Shown piece by piece: positions 48,568 to 58,201 of a DNA stretch of 64,000 nucleotides. How positions within the stretch are numbered: position 1 is the stretch's first letter; each line of letters starts with the position of its first letter. Under the pieces are notes generated by a model, which was not told the origin of the DNA, did not search any database, and saw nothing but the letters and a program-made list of their open reading frames with translations. A program made the position numbers and the translations under genes. The stretch is from a virus (taxonomy: Duplodnaviria; Caudoviricetes): the IMG/VR virus record IMGVR_UViG_3300032462_000002, positions 1-64,000 of that record; one strand, 5' to 3'.

Positions 48568-48948
48568 ATGAATTACATCATCGTTCAAGTAGATCAAGAT
48601 TATGGTCAAGTAGTAGGCGTCAGGTACATTGAAAGTTTTGAAGACAAAGAATCTGCGAATGCGTTTATTTTAGGAAAGAATGAACAGCGGATCGCAGAAT
48701 GGAAAAATAGATTAGAATACATTGAACAATGGGTCGATGCTATTGAACTTCCTGAGACAGATTATCATGGCTGGATTAAATATCTCGAACAATACCATCC
48801 ATTTGGTGTCATGTATGTGACTCCCGATGACTTCAAAGAAAATTTGAAGAGTTATTTAACAACACACTCGGTGAAATTGAATGAATATGAGCCGCCTCCA
48901 GTAGATTTAGAATGCAACGGTTTTCATATAGTGAAGATGAGTCGGTAG
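48568..48948 (+). CDS. hypothetical protein
   Basis: ORF. Confidence 0.55.
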   Translation: MNYIIVQVDQDYGQVVGVRYIESFEDKESANAFILGKNEQRIAEWKNRLEYIEQWVDAIELPETDYHGWIKYLEQYHPFGVMYVTPDDFKENLKSYLTTHSVKLNEYEPPPVDLECNGFHIVKMSR

Positions 48949-49178
48949 GATTTCAAAGGCTTTTGCAGCCTTTGAAACTCGCTTGGCGTGCAACTTCTGA
49001 AACATTTCAATCCACAAAGGCTTTTGTCCCCGTATCCCGCAGCCTTTGAAACCGGCTGGCGTCGATAGACAAATGCCCGGATCTTGTATGAGTGATTCTC
49101 GTTATGTAATGATATTTGATAGTTAAATCGTAAATATCTAAAGGAAAGATATTCGATAAAACAAACATAGAGGCGAAG

Positions 49179-50030
49179 ATGAAATTCAGAAAATGGTTTG
49201 AAGTTGTGGAGTTAATGAAGCCGAAAGGTGCAAGAAAGAGCAACATTGTAAGGGATGCTGGCACGAATACAGCCAGAGGTGCGATTCAGTACAAATGGAA
49301 AACACAACTGGGAAGCGAAGTAAAGTTATTGTTTACTCCTGAAGGCAATGACGAATACACGGTTGTTTTTTATGTAAACAATACATTGTATGACGATGCT
49401 GCATCTAACACAGAAAATGGTAGAGACCCAGAGATTTTGTCTGGTATTTTTTACTTATTAAAGTCCAAGTCGGAAGTAATTGGAGCAAAGACTTTATCGT
49501 TTAGGGCACATCAATCTCCTGGCGACACTAAAATTGTGCGAAGTCTAAACATAGATTTGTATAAGCAACAAGCATTGACAGACATTTTCAATTTCTCAAA
49601 AGAATCGTCTACAGTTGTTCCTAATGTTGTACCTCCGAGCGAGAGATCGCTGTCGCTTATGAAAAAAATCAACAGGCCGATTCTAACAGTATACGATTTT
49701 GAAAAGGATCGTTGGTTGAATTTTGCAAAACAAGTAAAATCAGCAATTGAACAAAACGAATCGATTTACAATTATGTGAATCAGTTAAAAACTGGAGTAG
49801 GGGTTGGCGACTTCCGTACTTTGAATTTTGATATCAACAAATTGATTTATTCTTTAAGCAATTATCAAAACGCATTTATATCAAATACAGAGCAGGGCTG
49901 GAGCAAAACCAAAAACAGACGTGCTGTGATATATGAAAAGCTGTTGAATCGTCATATGTCTAATGACTGGTCTATTAGTGTTGTTCGTGGCGACAATTTT
50001 TTGTTGACTAAAAAACATGATGTGGTTTAA
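49179..50030 (+). CDS. hypothetical protein with CTS-like N-terminus
   Basis: MKFRKWFEVVE; GAGG SD. Confidence 0.65.
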   Translation: MKFRKWFEVVELMKPKGARKSNIVRDAGTNTARGAIQYKWKTQLGSEVKLLFTPEGNDEYTVVFYVNNTLYDDAASNTENGRDPEILSGIFYLLKSKSEVIGAKTLSFRAHQSPGDTKIVRSLNIDLYKQQALTDIFNFSKESSTVVPNVVPPSERSLSLMKKINRPILTVYDFEKDRWLNFAKQVKSAIEQNESIYNYVNQLKTGVGVGDFRTLNFDINKLIYSLSNYQNAFISNTEQGWSKTKNRRAVIYEKLLNRHMSNDWSISVVRGDNFLLTKKHDVV

Positions 50031-50082
50031 TGAATGCGTGAAACAGTGAAACAGTGAAACAGTGAAAGTTGAATAAGGAAAC

Positions 50083-50346
50083 ATGATGTCAGACGAGAAT
50101 TGGGAATGGGCCGAGCGAGGAATAAGTCCTAATGACAATTTCAAGCCTACGGTGATAACGGATGGTGGTCCTTGGGCGACTCACAACATGCCTTGTGCTG
50201 TATTGAATCAAACGGAGAAGGCTGTATTGGACATGAATAGTAATGTATTTCAACCGTCTTGGAAGGCACAATCTGAGGGCTGGCGATTAGTTCATGCTCG
50301 GAGTTGGTTTCAAAGGTTTTTGTTAAAAGTTGCGGGTTTGGTTTAG
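50083..50346 (+). CDS. hypothetical protein
   Basis: TAAGGA SD. Confidence 0.55.
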   Translation: MMSDENWEWAERGISPNDNFKPTVITDGGPWATHNMPCAVLNQTEKAVLDMNSNVFQPSWKAQSEGWRLVHARSWFQRFLLKVAGLV

Positions 50347-50394
50347 CAATTGTCTATAATGTAGCTTAAAGCTATTTATGGACAATTGCGATCT

Positions 50395-50907
50395 ATGATT
50401 GACGAAAGACTTCTTCAAGATAAGTACATATTAACAAATGTAAGACAAGGTGGAGTTTCTGATTTCATTGAAGATGAAATACGTCGCATTTGCGATTGTC
50501 CGAAGAAAGGCGAAAAGTCGATTGGCGATTTGTTTATTGATGGAAGTCCGTTAAACATAAAGACGATTGACATAGGAAAGAGTTTTCATATGCCCAATTT
50601 AGTTTCTGCAAAGAAGGCGTTTGATTTTCTTCAGAAACCAGAAAACAAGCTGCGATATATGTTTGTTGAATACGAAAAAAATGGAGACATAGTGGAAATC
50701 AAAAGAGAAACCATCAAAGAGATCGAAGAGTTGTCTGACGTTAAAATACAAGCTCAAGGAGAGGGAGTAATTCAACTTCAAAGTTTGACATTTAGGGATC
50801 ACATTGATGAATTCAGAGTGCTTATGCGAGACTTCATCAATAGACAAAACAAAAAATGGGAAATGCGATGGGACTATTATGGTTTACAACAAAAAACTTT
50901 GTTGTAA
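50395..50907 (+). CDS. restriction-endonuclease-like PD-(D/E)XK protein
   Basis: SIGDLF..PLNIKT..MPNLVS. Confidence 0.45.
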   Translation: MIDERLLQDKYILTNVRQGGVSDFIEDEIRRICDCPKKGEKSIGDLFIDGSPLNIKTIDIGKSFHMPNLVSAKKAFDFLQKPENKLRYMFVEYEKNGDIVEIKRETIKEIEELSDVKIQAQGEGVIQLQSLTFRDHIDEFRVLMRDFINRQNKKWEMRWDYYGLQQKTLL

Positions 50908-50922
50908 ACCATAAATACAATT

Positions 50923-51279
50923 ATGACAGCATCATCAGTAACAGGCGTATCAGGACCAGGCGCAGCAACAAGCAAAGGTCCACACAACAATCGTGACACT
51001 TATGTACCATTGGCTGGTCCAAGAGTGATTGTGGCAGGATCGGCAACACTAGACGGAGGGGGCGGCTTTACACTAGAGTTTCCTACGCCACTACCCGGTG
51101 GATTCTACAACTATTCTTACGCTGTAACGCCTCTAGGTTCGGAACGATTCTCTGTAACTGTCGGTGGAGCCGAAAACGCTGAAGGCGAGCTAGCAAGCAT
51201 CACCATCATTGGCAACAGCAACAAGACGATTACTTATATGGTAGTCAGCAATGGGCAAGCAGCCATTCCTTTAAGCTAA
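50923..51279 (+). CDS. small beta-rich structural protein, paralog 1
   Basis: MTASSVTGVSGPG; TAAATA just upstream. Confidence 0.65.
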   Translation: MTASSVTGVSGPGAATSKGPHNNRDTYVPLAGPRVIVAGSATLDGGGGFTLEFPTPLPGGFYNYSYAVTPLGSERFSVTVGGAENAEGELASITIIGNSNKTITYMVVSNGQAAIPLS

Positions 51280-51291
51280 AGGAGCAGGCTC

Positions 51292-51744
51292 TTATTCCTT
51301 CAGCACAGCCTTCTTGACGTGCTTGTTTTTATTCATCCATTCTAAAAACGCAGGTCTGCTTTTGCGTGTTGACACTTTGACTTCATAGGTGAATTCTTCT
51401 GTTTGTTTCACGGCAAGAATTTTTCCCCCATCATCAGATACAATCTTGGCCAAGGATCGTGCGTCGGATTCTTTGGTGACATCTACGACAACCGTAAGTT
51501 GCTGTGTTGAGGTTAGCTCATAGGTTATCACGCCTATTCCAGCCAAAGCCATAACCGAAGCCATTGACAAAACAATTCGCTGAGTCCATTTCATGAATGA
51601 GTTGGACTTCTGTTTTGCTGGCATTACGATTCGCCCCATGTCAACAAGACAGTCTTCCATACTTCCTTGTTCTTTCATAAATTTCAAATGTCCCGGTAGG
51701 TTCTCAAGGGACATTGGAATTTGTTCATCTTTTGGTGTTGCCAT
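51292..51744 (-). CDS. membrane protein
   Basis: AAGGAG SD; one TM segment. Confidence 0.6.
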   Translation of the reverse strand: MATPKDEQIPMSLENLPGHLKFMKEQGSMEDCLVDMGRIVMPAKQKSNSFMKWTQRIVLSMASVMALAGIGVITYELTSTQQLTVVVDVTKESDARSLAKIVSDDGGKILAVKQTEEFTYEVKVSTRKSRPAFLEWMNKNKHVKKAVLKE

Positions 51745-51779
51745 TTTATCTCCTTTTTGGTGGCTAACGTATTTAGTAT

Positions 51780-52058
51780 ATGCTCAATACAATTACACCA
51801 GAATTCGTCCACTACATCCCTGAAGACATGCAAGAAGGCGTACTGTATGTTTCTTTGGAGTACAGCACAGCGATCCACAAGTGCTGCTGTGGCTGCGGAC
51901 ATCAAGTCTGTACGCCAATTGATCCCAATCCACCACACAACGGCTGGACGCTTATAAACGACGATGGCAAGGTATCTCTCAGCCCGTCAATAGGCAACTT
52001 CCAGTTGTCTTGTAAAACACACTACTTCATCAAAGAAAACCAAGTCATGTGGTGTTAA
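51780..52058 (+). CDS. DUF6527-like Cys-rich protein
   Basis: HKCCCGCG, W.L..VSLSPSIGN..C..HYFI..V.WC. Confidence 0.7.
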   Translation: MLNTITPEFVHYIPEDMQEGVLYVSLEYSTAIHKCCCGCGHQVCTPIDPNPPHNGWTLINDDGKVSLSPSIGNFQLSCKTHYFIKENQVMWC

Positions 52059-52134
52059 TTACTTCACGACATATTAGCAAATTAGTGGAGGAAATGTACG
52101 CTGAAGATTACAAACTATTTGAGTATATATTTTA

Positions 52135-52377
52135 ATGGAATCATTCAAAGAATATATCAACGAAGGAAAAGATCGAGGCAACAATAGGATTGAGGCCATA
52201 TCGACTCTCGTATCTGCTTTGAAAACAGCACTCGGTCAGTACGATATATCAACCCGTCATTTCGTCTGGGAGCATCTCAACAGCCAAAAAGGGAAAGAAT
52301 TGATGGAAAAGATTCTACGCAATCCGAAAACCTACCTTTCCGACAGCGAATTCACCAAGTTGGTTATAAAGAAATGA
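52135..52377 (+). CDS. small putative internal protein
   Basis: MESFKEYINE. Confidence 0.6.
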   Translation: MESFKEYINEGKDRGNNRIEAISTLVSALKTALGQYDISTRHFVWEHLNSQKGKELMEKILRNPKTYLSDSEFTKLVIKK

Positions 52378-52467
52378 CGTGTTGACTTCAGACGAGAAAA
52401 GAGTAAATTGTGTTGGATCAGTTGGATCGCCGACTGAAATTTCCGATTCTCTCGAAGGAGTCTTGCA

Positions 52468-53007
52468 GTGAAGAAGTTTCTCTCAGTTATGGCTGCAATC
52501 GCAGTCCTCGTGGCCTGGAGTGGCACAGCTCCGGCTCAATGTGGCAGCGGGCGTTTCTTTAGTGGCCAAAACCAATGCGAGAATGGCTACTTCGGTGGTT
52601 GGCGAGTGATTCACTCGAACTATTCCCCCGTCTACTCGCACAGCAGCTTTGGATCGTGTTCCAGTGGAGGATATGTGACGGCGAGTCAACCAGTGCCTCA
52701 GACGGTGCCATACATCGAAAACAAAGGCACCAACAAGGCCGTGATGCCTGATCCAAATTACCAACCCTATAAGGGTGGCAATTTGCCAGCTCCTACTCCA
52801 AAGAAGACTTCCCAACCGGGAGACCTTCCTCTGCCTCCGAAGAAGATTCAGCCGCCGAATCCTCGCCAAGATGGATTTCCCGAAGGGACCATTCAGATTG
52901 ACAACCAATCGTATGGCAGATTGCTTGACGGTACTTACGCCAAGATTTCCGATGGGACGTACTCTCGCTTGAAGGGCAATACGGCATACGGAAGTTACTC
53001 GAAGTAA
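52468..53007 (+). CDS. secreted Pro-rich protein
   Basis: AAGGAG SD; GTG start; signal peptide. Confidence 0.6.
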   Translation: MKKFLSVMAAIAVLVAWSGTAPAQCGSGRFFSGQNQCENGYFGGWRVIHSNYSPVYSHSSFGSCSSGGYVTASQPVPQTVPYIENKGTNKAVMPDPNYQPYKGGNLPAPTPKKTSQPGDLPLPPKKIQPPNPRQDGFPEGTIQIDNQSYGRLLDGTYAKISDGTYSRLKGNTAYGSYSK

Positions 53008-53027
53008 TTTGAGTCAGTATCAAAAAG

Positions 53028-53056
53028 CAAAAGCCAGGGATCAAACCCTGGCTTTT
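53028..53056. terminator. bidirectional terminator
   Basis: aaaagccaggg-atcaaa-ccctggctttt. Confidence 0.8.
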
Positions 53057-53060
53057 GTCG

Positions 53061-53429
53061 TTATTTGGGGGCTGGATAACGGTCTATTCTGTTTTTTCGG
53101 TCATAAGACCCAAGCATATGACCCTGACGATAATCGTCACTTAATGTCCAACGGATTGGACCCAGCCACTTGCCATGCCCCCCATCCCAATATCCAGTCA
53201 TAAATGTAGCTGACGGGGTTGCTGGTTGTGTAGTCGCTCCCACTGCGGGGGCAACTGGACTTGATTCTGACGGTACAGGAACAGGTTGAACCTGCCTGAT
53301 TTCTGACATAGGCGATTCGTTGATTGGACGAGCCTCCGGCTTAACTCGCACAATGCTAATGATACCTAAGATCACAAGTGGAGTCGAAAGTATCGCCAAC
53401 AATAATACGACAAAGAAACTCTTTTTCAT
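53061..53429 (-). CDS. membrane-anchored protein
   Basis: AAGGAGG SD; N-terminal TM; GYWDG..YRQG motif. Confidence 0.65.
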   Translation of the reverse strand: MKKSFFVVLLLAILSTPLVILGIISIVRVKPEARPINESPMSEIRQVQPVPVPSESSPVAPAVGATTQPATPSATFMTGYWDGGHGKWLGPIRWTLSDDYRQGHMLGSYDRKNRIDRYPAPK

Positions 53430-53490
53430 AAGTCCTCCTTTATCGTATATACCTGCACACTGGAATAATTCAGAGGTTACAAGAAGTTAA

Positions 53491-54441
53491 ATGCGAGTTG
53501 CATCTATCACTATGATCGGTCAGTTTCCCGATGGGATCAACATTCATGTAAGAAATTTGAAATGGGCATTGACGGAAGATGACCACATTTTCATCATTAC
53601 TTTGCCATCTTTTATTGAATCTCTTGATCTAAAAAACGATAAGCAAGTCACCTACATTCCCTTCCATACACAACTTAATTCGGAAAAAGGATTCATCAAC
53701 TTTTGGAAATATTTTCCGAAAATAATCAAAGAGTACAAAATATACCCTGAGTGGTTTTTGTTCATGGAGGAAGACATTTGGTTTTTTGCCAAGCCACTAC
53801 TCCAAAGCGATCCTAAAATTATCCGTGGATATTTACCTCGTGGCTCGTACAGAAACATCTTACTCGACGACCAAATCATACACAATCGAGTGTGGGAAGG
53901 TGCGCAGGTAATCCACAGTGATATTGTGAAAAACGCCATCAATTTCGGCATCGACTTTTCTTTTGTGCGAAACACATTCTTGGTCAAGAACAGAAAAAAA
54001 TACGAAGATGAATTTGGTGGCGAGATTACCATGTCCATGTATCAGAACCCTGATACATTTGACGAGTTTGGTCTATATTGCGCTTTGGTCGAAAAGACGA
54101 AAATGCAACATGAAGTTAAAGCTCTGCATGTTCGTGGGCCGGAAAGTCTGCACCGCATGTATCCCGATGCTTATTTGCACGCAACCAAACAACGCATAGA
54201 TGAAATACAAAAGAAATTGCCATATATTGATGTTCTACTTGCTGTTGCTGTATATTACACAGTTGGATTGTGGAAGCACATTCATCATTTGGACTGGACC
54301 AAGGCTCAGATAGAAAGTAAGAGAGAAATACAGCGGCTGTTGTTGACTGGTAACGAATGGATTACATTCGAGGAATACACCAAATTAGATTCATTGCATG
54401 TCTTAATGAATGGCTTATCTCCGAGCAGGAAGAAGGTATAA
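53491..54441 (+). CDS. glycosyltransferase-like protein
   Basis: FLFMEEDIW (DxD-like). Confidence 0.45.
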   Translation: MRVASITMIGQFPDGINIHVRNLKWALTEDDHIFIITLPSFIESLDLKNDKQVTYIPFHTQLNSEKGFINFWKYFPKIIKEYKIYPEWFLFMEEDIWFFAKPLLQSDPKIIRGYLPRGSYRNILLDDQIIHNRVWEGAQVIHSDIVKNAINFGIDFSFVRNTFLVKNRKKYEDEFGGEITMSMYQNPDTFDEFGLYCALVEKTKMQHEVKALHVRGPESLHRMYPDAYLHATKQRIDEIQKKLPYIDVLLAVAVYYTVGLWKHIHHLDWTKAQIESKREIQRLLLTGNEWITFEEYTKLDSLHVLMNGLSPSRKKV

Positions 54442-54593
54442 TGCGATATACTCATTCTCCGGGCGATCTCGATCAGCAATCGTCGGTTTCTATGTGAGAA
54501 AGCCGGACTTCTATCGGTACGAGCAAGACTGATAAGCCAAGCTGGTTTCACCCGGAGAGTGAGTTGTCTTTGGTCAAATTTATTGGATTCGAT

Positions 54594-54971
54594 ATGATAC
54601 GCAAAATTACTGATCCGTGGGAAGTAAGCAAAGATGCACCGCCCAAGACTCTGGAAGGAGCCATCGTATTTTTGAATAATTGGTTATCTCAAACATCAGG
54701 TAAAGAAAAAGACGAAGACCCTGAGCAACCTATGATTGAGGTAGTTACAAAGATGATAAACGAAAACCCAACCGAATGGTGGCTTGGACATCATTTCGGT
54801 TGGGGCATGGGTATGAGAAACATACTTCGCAAGAATGGATACGACGAGCAAACGCTCGGCGTCAGCAATCTTGACGATTACTACATTGGGCTGATCGAGC
54901 AAGCATGTTTAGGCAAGGGAAACCATCACCATGAAATGCCTAGTCTCGACGCCGATAGTACAAAAGAATGA
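54594..54971 (+). CDS. hypothetical protein (DUF6794-like)
   Basis: PKTLEGAI..HFGWGMGMRN..DD. Confidence 0.5.
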   Translation: MIRKITDPWEVSKDAPPKTLEGAIVFLNNWLSQTSGKEKDEDPEQPMIEVVTKMINENPTEWWLGHHFGWGMGMRNILRKNGYDEQTLGVSNLDDYYIGLIEQACLGKGNHHHEMPSLDADSTKE

Positions 54972-55089
54972 CTCGTCTAATGTGATCTGCTTCGATTTTT
55001 CCCCACGATCCATCGTCGTGAAAAATCTCTTTAATGAATTTCCATATTCGGTTCATATAGCCTCCTTTGCCAAAAGGAACCGAATGTAT

Positions 55090-55686
55090 TTATCCTACCT
55101 GTCGATACTTCACTTTTTCTTGGAATTCATTTGGATGAATTAAACCCAACAAACTGGGTTTATCAGTTGCAAATTGATCCCAACTGATGCTTCTGTTGAA
55201 ATTATTGATTTGAGTTGCTTGGATGTCACATTCGATGACGCCGCAGCCCCAATCAATATCGAAGAACATCAAACTTATTTTCCAACTACGGTCGCATGGA
55301 CAGGCGACGTGTGGAAGTCATTCGTAAAGTTCCGAAACTCCTGGAATCTTCCAGCGTATGTTGTTGAGATAAGGATTGCAATCATGGACAACAATAGTGC
55401 CACCAATATTGATGCTCCGAATGGAATTCAAGATGTCTTTGTCTACTTGATCTGATTGATGCAATCCATCAATGAAAATCAAATCAAACTTTTGTGTATT
55501 GAAAGCAAAGAATTCATCTGAAGTGATTTGATATGTGGCCGCAGTATTATTCGGGTCTACACAAAATTTGTGTTCACATTGGATGTGCTGGTATGTGTCA
55601 AATGTACCAATACCTATTTCCAAGTAGCTTTTGTAAGATAGCTCTTTAATCAAGAACGAAATCAATTCGAGTCGAGTTGAAAACAT
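55090..55686 (-). pseudogene. class I SAM methyltransferase (Methyltransf_24-like) split by an internal inversion
   Basis: YLEIG, FDLIFIDGLH and VVHDCNP on minus; WTGDVWK segment on plus; DIDWGCGVI on minus. Confidence 0.85.
55261..55365 (+). other. 105-bp inverted segment
   Basis: Flipping it restores a 198-aa ORF. Confidence 0.85.
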
Positions 55687-55688
55687 CC

Positions 55689-56417
55689 TTAAAATTTCAC
55701 TTGAGCCAAACACGGCGGCATAATTTGTTTGAGCATTGACACTGGAATATACGCCATGAGTTTATCTTGCTGGCTTCTAGGATCAGGGCGAACTCGCAAT
55801 GTTGCAGCACCCATCCGATAGTTACCTCGTTGATCGAATCCCTCATCTTCGGCCCCGGCTCGCATCTCTTCTATGAGCTTTTTGGCTTCAGCAACGCTTA
55901 CCAACACGATTTTGCCGCCAACTCGACTTAGAACAGCATAGAACTCAGCTTTGCCAACCATGTCTCTACCAGGGACGCCACGGCGATAATCCTTCATGAC
56001 TTCAAAGAGAATATCATCTCCAGTATCACGATATTTGATTTGAATGGGTTTTTCACCGCTGGGAGTGTCCCACCATCCGTCAACCTTGTCATATTTATCT
56101 TCTTGAGTGGATGGCTCTCTAAGTTTCATTCCACATTGAACCAAGCTATCAAATATCTGCTTTTCAATACTTTTGCCATATTGAACTCTCTGGTCAATGT
56201 CCTGAAATCTATTGCCCATACGCATTTGAGGCGGTGAAGTACGATCAGCAGGGTTTGGAGCATGACCAAGAGATGGCTTAGGAATTTCTTCTTCAGGATT
56301 TGTCACAGGTATCACCGGCTTTTGTTGTTGCATACGACGAGGATCACGGCCAAAGGCTCCACCTACGGGGCCTCGCCAGCGAGCTTCATTAGTTGATAAC
56401 CATTTTGAAAAGTTCAT
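55689..56417 (-). CDS. PD-(D/E)XK-like nuclease-fold protein with CTS-like N-terminus
   Basis: MNFSKWLSTNE; GKSIE..EDKYDKVD..IQIKYR. Confidence 0.55.
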   Translation of the reverse strand: MNFSKWLSTNEARWRGPVGGAFGRDPRRMQQQKPVIPVTNPEEEIPKPSLGHAPNPADRTSPPQMRMGNRFQDIDQRVQYGKSIEKQIFDSLVQCGMKLREPSTQEDKYDKVDGWWDTPSGEKPIQIKYRDTGDDILFEVMKDYRRGVPGRDMVGKAEFYAVLSRVGGKIVLVSVAEAKKLIEEMRAGAEDEGFDQRGNYRMGAATLRVRPDPRSQQDKLMAYIPVSMLKQIMPPCLAQVKF

Positions 56418-56469
56418 AGCTTATTTATCTCCCAAGCTACATATTATTCAAAGTTAAATATAATGAAAT

Positions 56470-56746
56470 ATGATTGAGCATGAACCAGAAGAAATCCGAA
56501 TCAAAACATACAAAGACCCTTTAATGGATGGGAAGCTCCTCATGGGACACACACACACAATATAAAGGCAACAGCCATATGGGTGCTGGATATTTCTTTG
56601 CGCCTTACGTCCCTTTGACTCGAACTCCGACCGTTTTTGGTCAGACGCACCAAGCTGTTGATTACGCTCGTGGTGATGATGTTGTAAAGCCAACAAAAGC
56701 TCACAGAAGCATCACCGATCCGTGGGAAGTTTCTCGATTCGACTGA
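56470..56746 (+). pseudogene. major-capsid C-terminal fragment minigene frameshifted at (AC)6
   Basis: YKDPL..LLMG / YKGNSHMGAGYFFAPYVPLTRTP versus capsid YKDPL..ILMGYKGDSYMDSGYFYCPYVPLTQTP. Confidence 0.7.
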
Positions 56747-56857
56747 AATAAACTGCTTGTATTCGGCTGTCCAGCAAGTAAAATGAAAGTTGACAGTACA
56801 AGACCAGCGTGCCGTCCAATTTCAATTCTGCTGGCCAATCCCTCACGGAGTCAAAAC

Positions 56858-57340
56858 ATGACCACAACACAAGAGGGCATGGACGCCACAACAGAAGAAC
56901 CCGAAAAAATTGTTGTCCCTGTCTTAACAGACACGGATGAACAAGAAATTCTTGGTCTTCACAATGCCATCGGAAAGGTCTTGGAAAAGATCAAATGGCA
57001 TGAAGAACAGATCAAAGAACGACGACAAGACATCACCGGCCACGAAAATCAAATCAATGATTTGCGAAATTCATTAAGGCAACACGTCGGTCCATTGATG
57101 AGTCAAGCTCTGAGTCAGCCTCAAAAAACTGAGAGCCGAACTCGTGAATCGACTGATGCGACAGGAACTTTGATTACAGACTGTCTTCGCAAAAGCAGCA
57201 AGCCGCTGGATACAAACCACATCAAAAAGTTCCTGGTGAAGCATGGAAATACCACCAACCCTAGTGTCGAACTCAGTCGAATGGTCAAGCGTGGATTCAT
57301 CGAACGGTCAGGACGTGGGCTTTACCAACTGAAGAAGTAG
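56858..57340 (+). CDS. coiled-coil plus winged-HTH protein
   Basis: C-terminal ELSRMVKRGFIERSGRGLY. Confidence 0.65.
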   Translation: MTTTQEGMDATTEEPEKIVVPVLTDTDEQEILGLHNAIGKVLEKIKWHEEQIKERRQDITGHENQINDLRNSLRQHVGPLMSQALSQPQKTESRTRESTDATGTLITDCLRKSSKPLDTNHIKKFLVKHGNTTNPSVELSRMVKRGFIERSGRGLYQLKK

Positions 57341-57354
57341 AATTTCGAGGAAGG

Positions 57355-57387
57355 AAAAAAGGACGGCTTTCAGGCCGTCCTTTTTTA
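57355..57387. terminator. terminator
   Basis: aaaaaaggacggc-tttcag-gccgtcctttttt. Confidence 0.85.
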
Positions 57388-57411
57388 TTGCGCCAAGTCG
57401 TACATACCTTC

Positions 57412-57615
57412 ATGAATTTCAAACATTGGTTATCTCTGAACGAGGGCGGTTGGATTAGCAAAGGCAAAGCACAAAACTCTTTGTTCAAGCCCGGCCCCAA
57501 AGATACAACACCAAAACCACACGATCTAAAACTTTGTGGTATCGGCGGCGGTCCAGGTCCTGGTGGTGCATGCGCAAGTGCCGGAGGCGGGGCAACGGCT
57601 GTTCCTGTTAAGTAA
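57412..57615 (+). CDS. small Gly-rich protein with CTS-like N-terminus
   Basis: MNFKHWLSLNE. Confidence 0.5.
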   Translation: MNFKHWLSLNEGGWISKGKAQNSLFKPGPKDTTPKPHDLKLCGIGGGPGPGGACASAGGGATAVPVK

Positions 57616-58096
57616 GTGGCTTCAACCAACTGGTAGGATTAGGCGTAGAATAACTAACATCAGAATATCTGACTGTTACATTTATCTCATAGTCTAACGA
57701 GCTTGTGATGTCCATGCTACCAAAGTCCAGAGCGGAGATAAGTGAATTTTCTAAATACAACAATTCTAAAACTTCACCATTTTCACCATGTAGCCTCAAT
57801 ACCACAGTCGCTTTTTCTGATTGCCACTTGCGATCTTCTAACGCACGAAATTGCTCAGACACCCAACACATGAACAATGCGCCACCTTCGTCGTTTTCAA
57901 CATCGTTGTAGGTGATTTTCATTTCGTCCCATGACGATTTGCCCGGCAACCAAGTGGTGTTCCCATTATGTTGAACAGTCGTTGATTGAACGGTCATTGA
58001 TGGAAGCGAACCAATTTTAACTGGAGACGGTGGGGCTATGAGTTGCCATGTCTTATCGTCTCGCCATTCCGCAGACCAATTGAATTTGTGAGGCAT
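57608..58096 (-). CDS. divergent T4 gp19-like tail tube paralog
   Basis: WLPGKSSWDEMKITY..W..LDFG..VTVRYS. Confidence 0.6.
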   Translation of the reverse strand: MPHKFNWSAEWRDDKTWQLIAPPSPVKIGSLPSMTVQSTTVQHNGNTTWLPGKSSWDEMKITYNDVENDEGGALFMCWVSEQFRALEDRKWQSEKATVVLRLHGENGEVLELLYLENSLISALDFGSMDITSSLDYEINVTVRYSDVSYSTPNPTSWLKPLT

Positions 58097-58201
58097 ATAT
58101 TTTCTCCTGCATCCATTATAAGAAAATGAACTTCTCAAAAAGCCTATGCGGAGCATAAATACTTATTGATAGAGGTTAAATCAACCATCAAGGAGGAAGA
58201 T

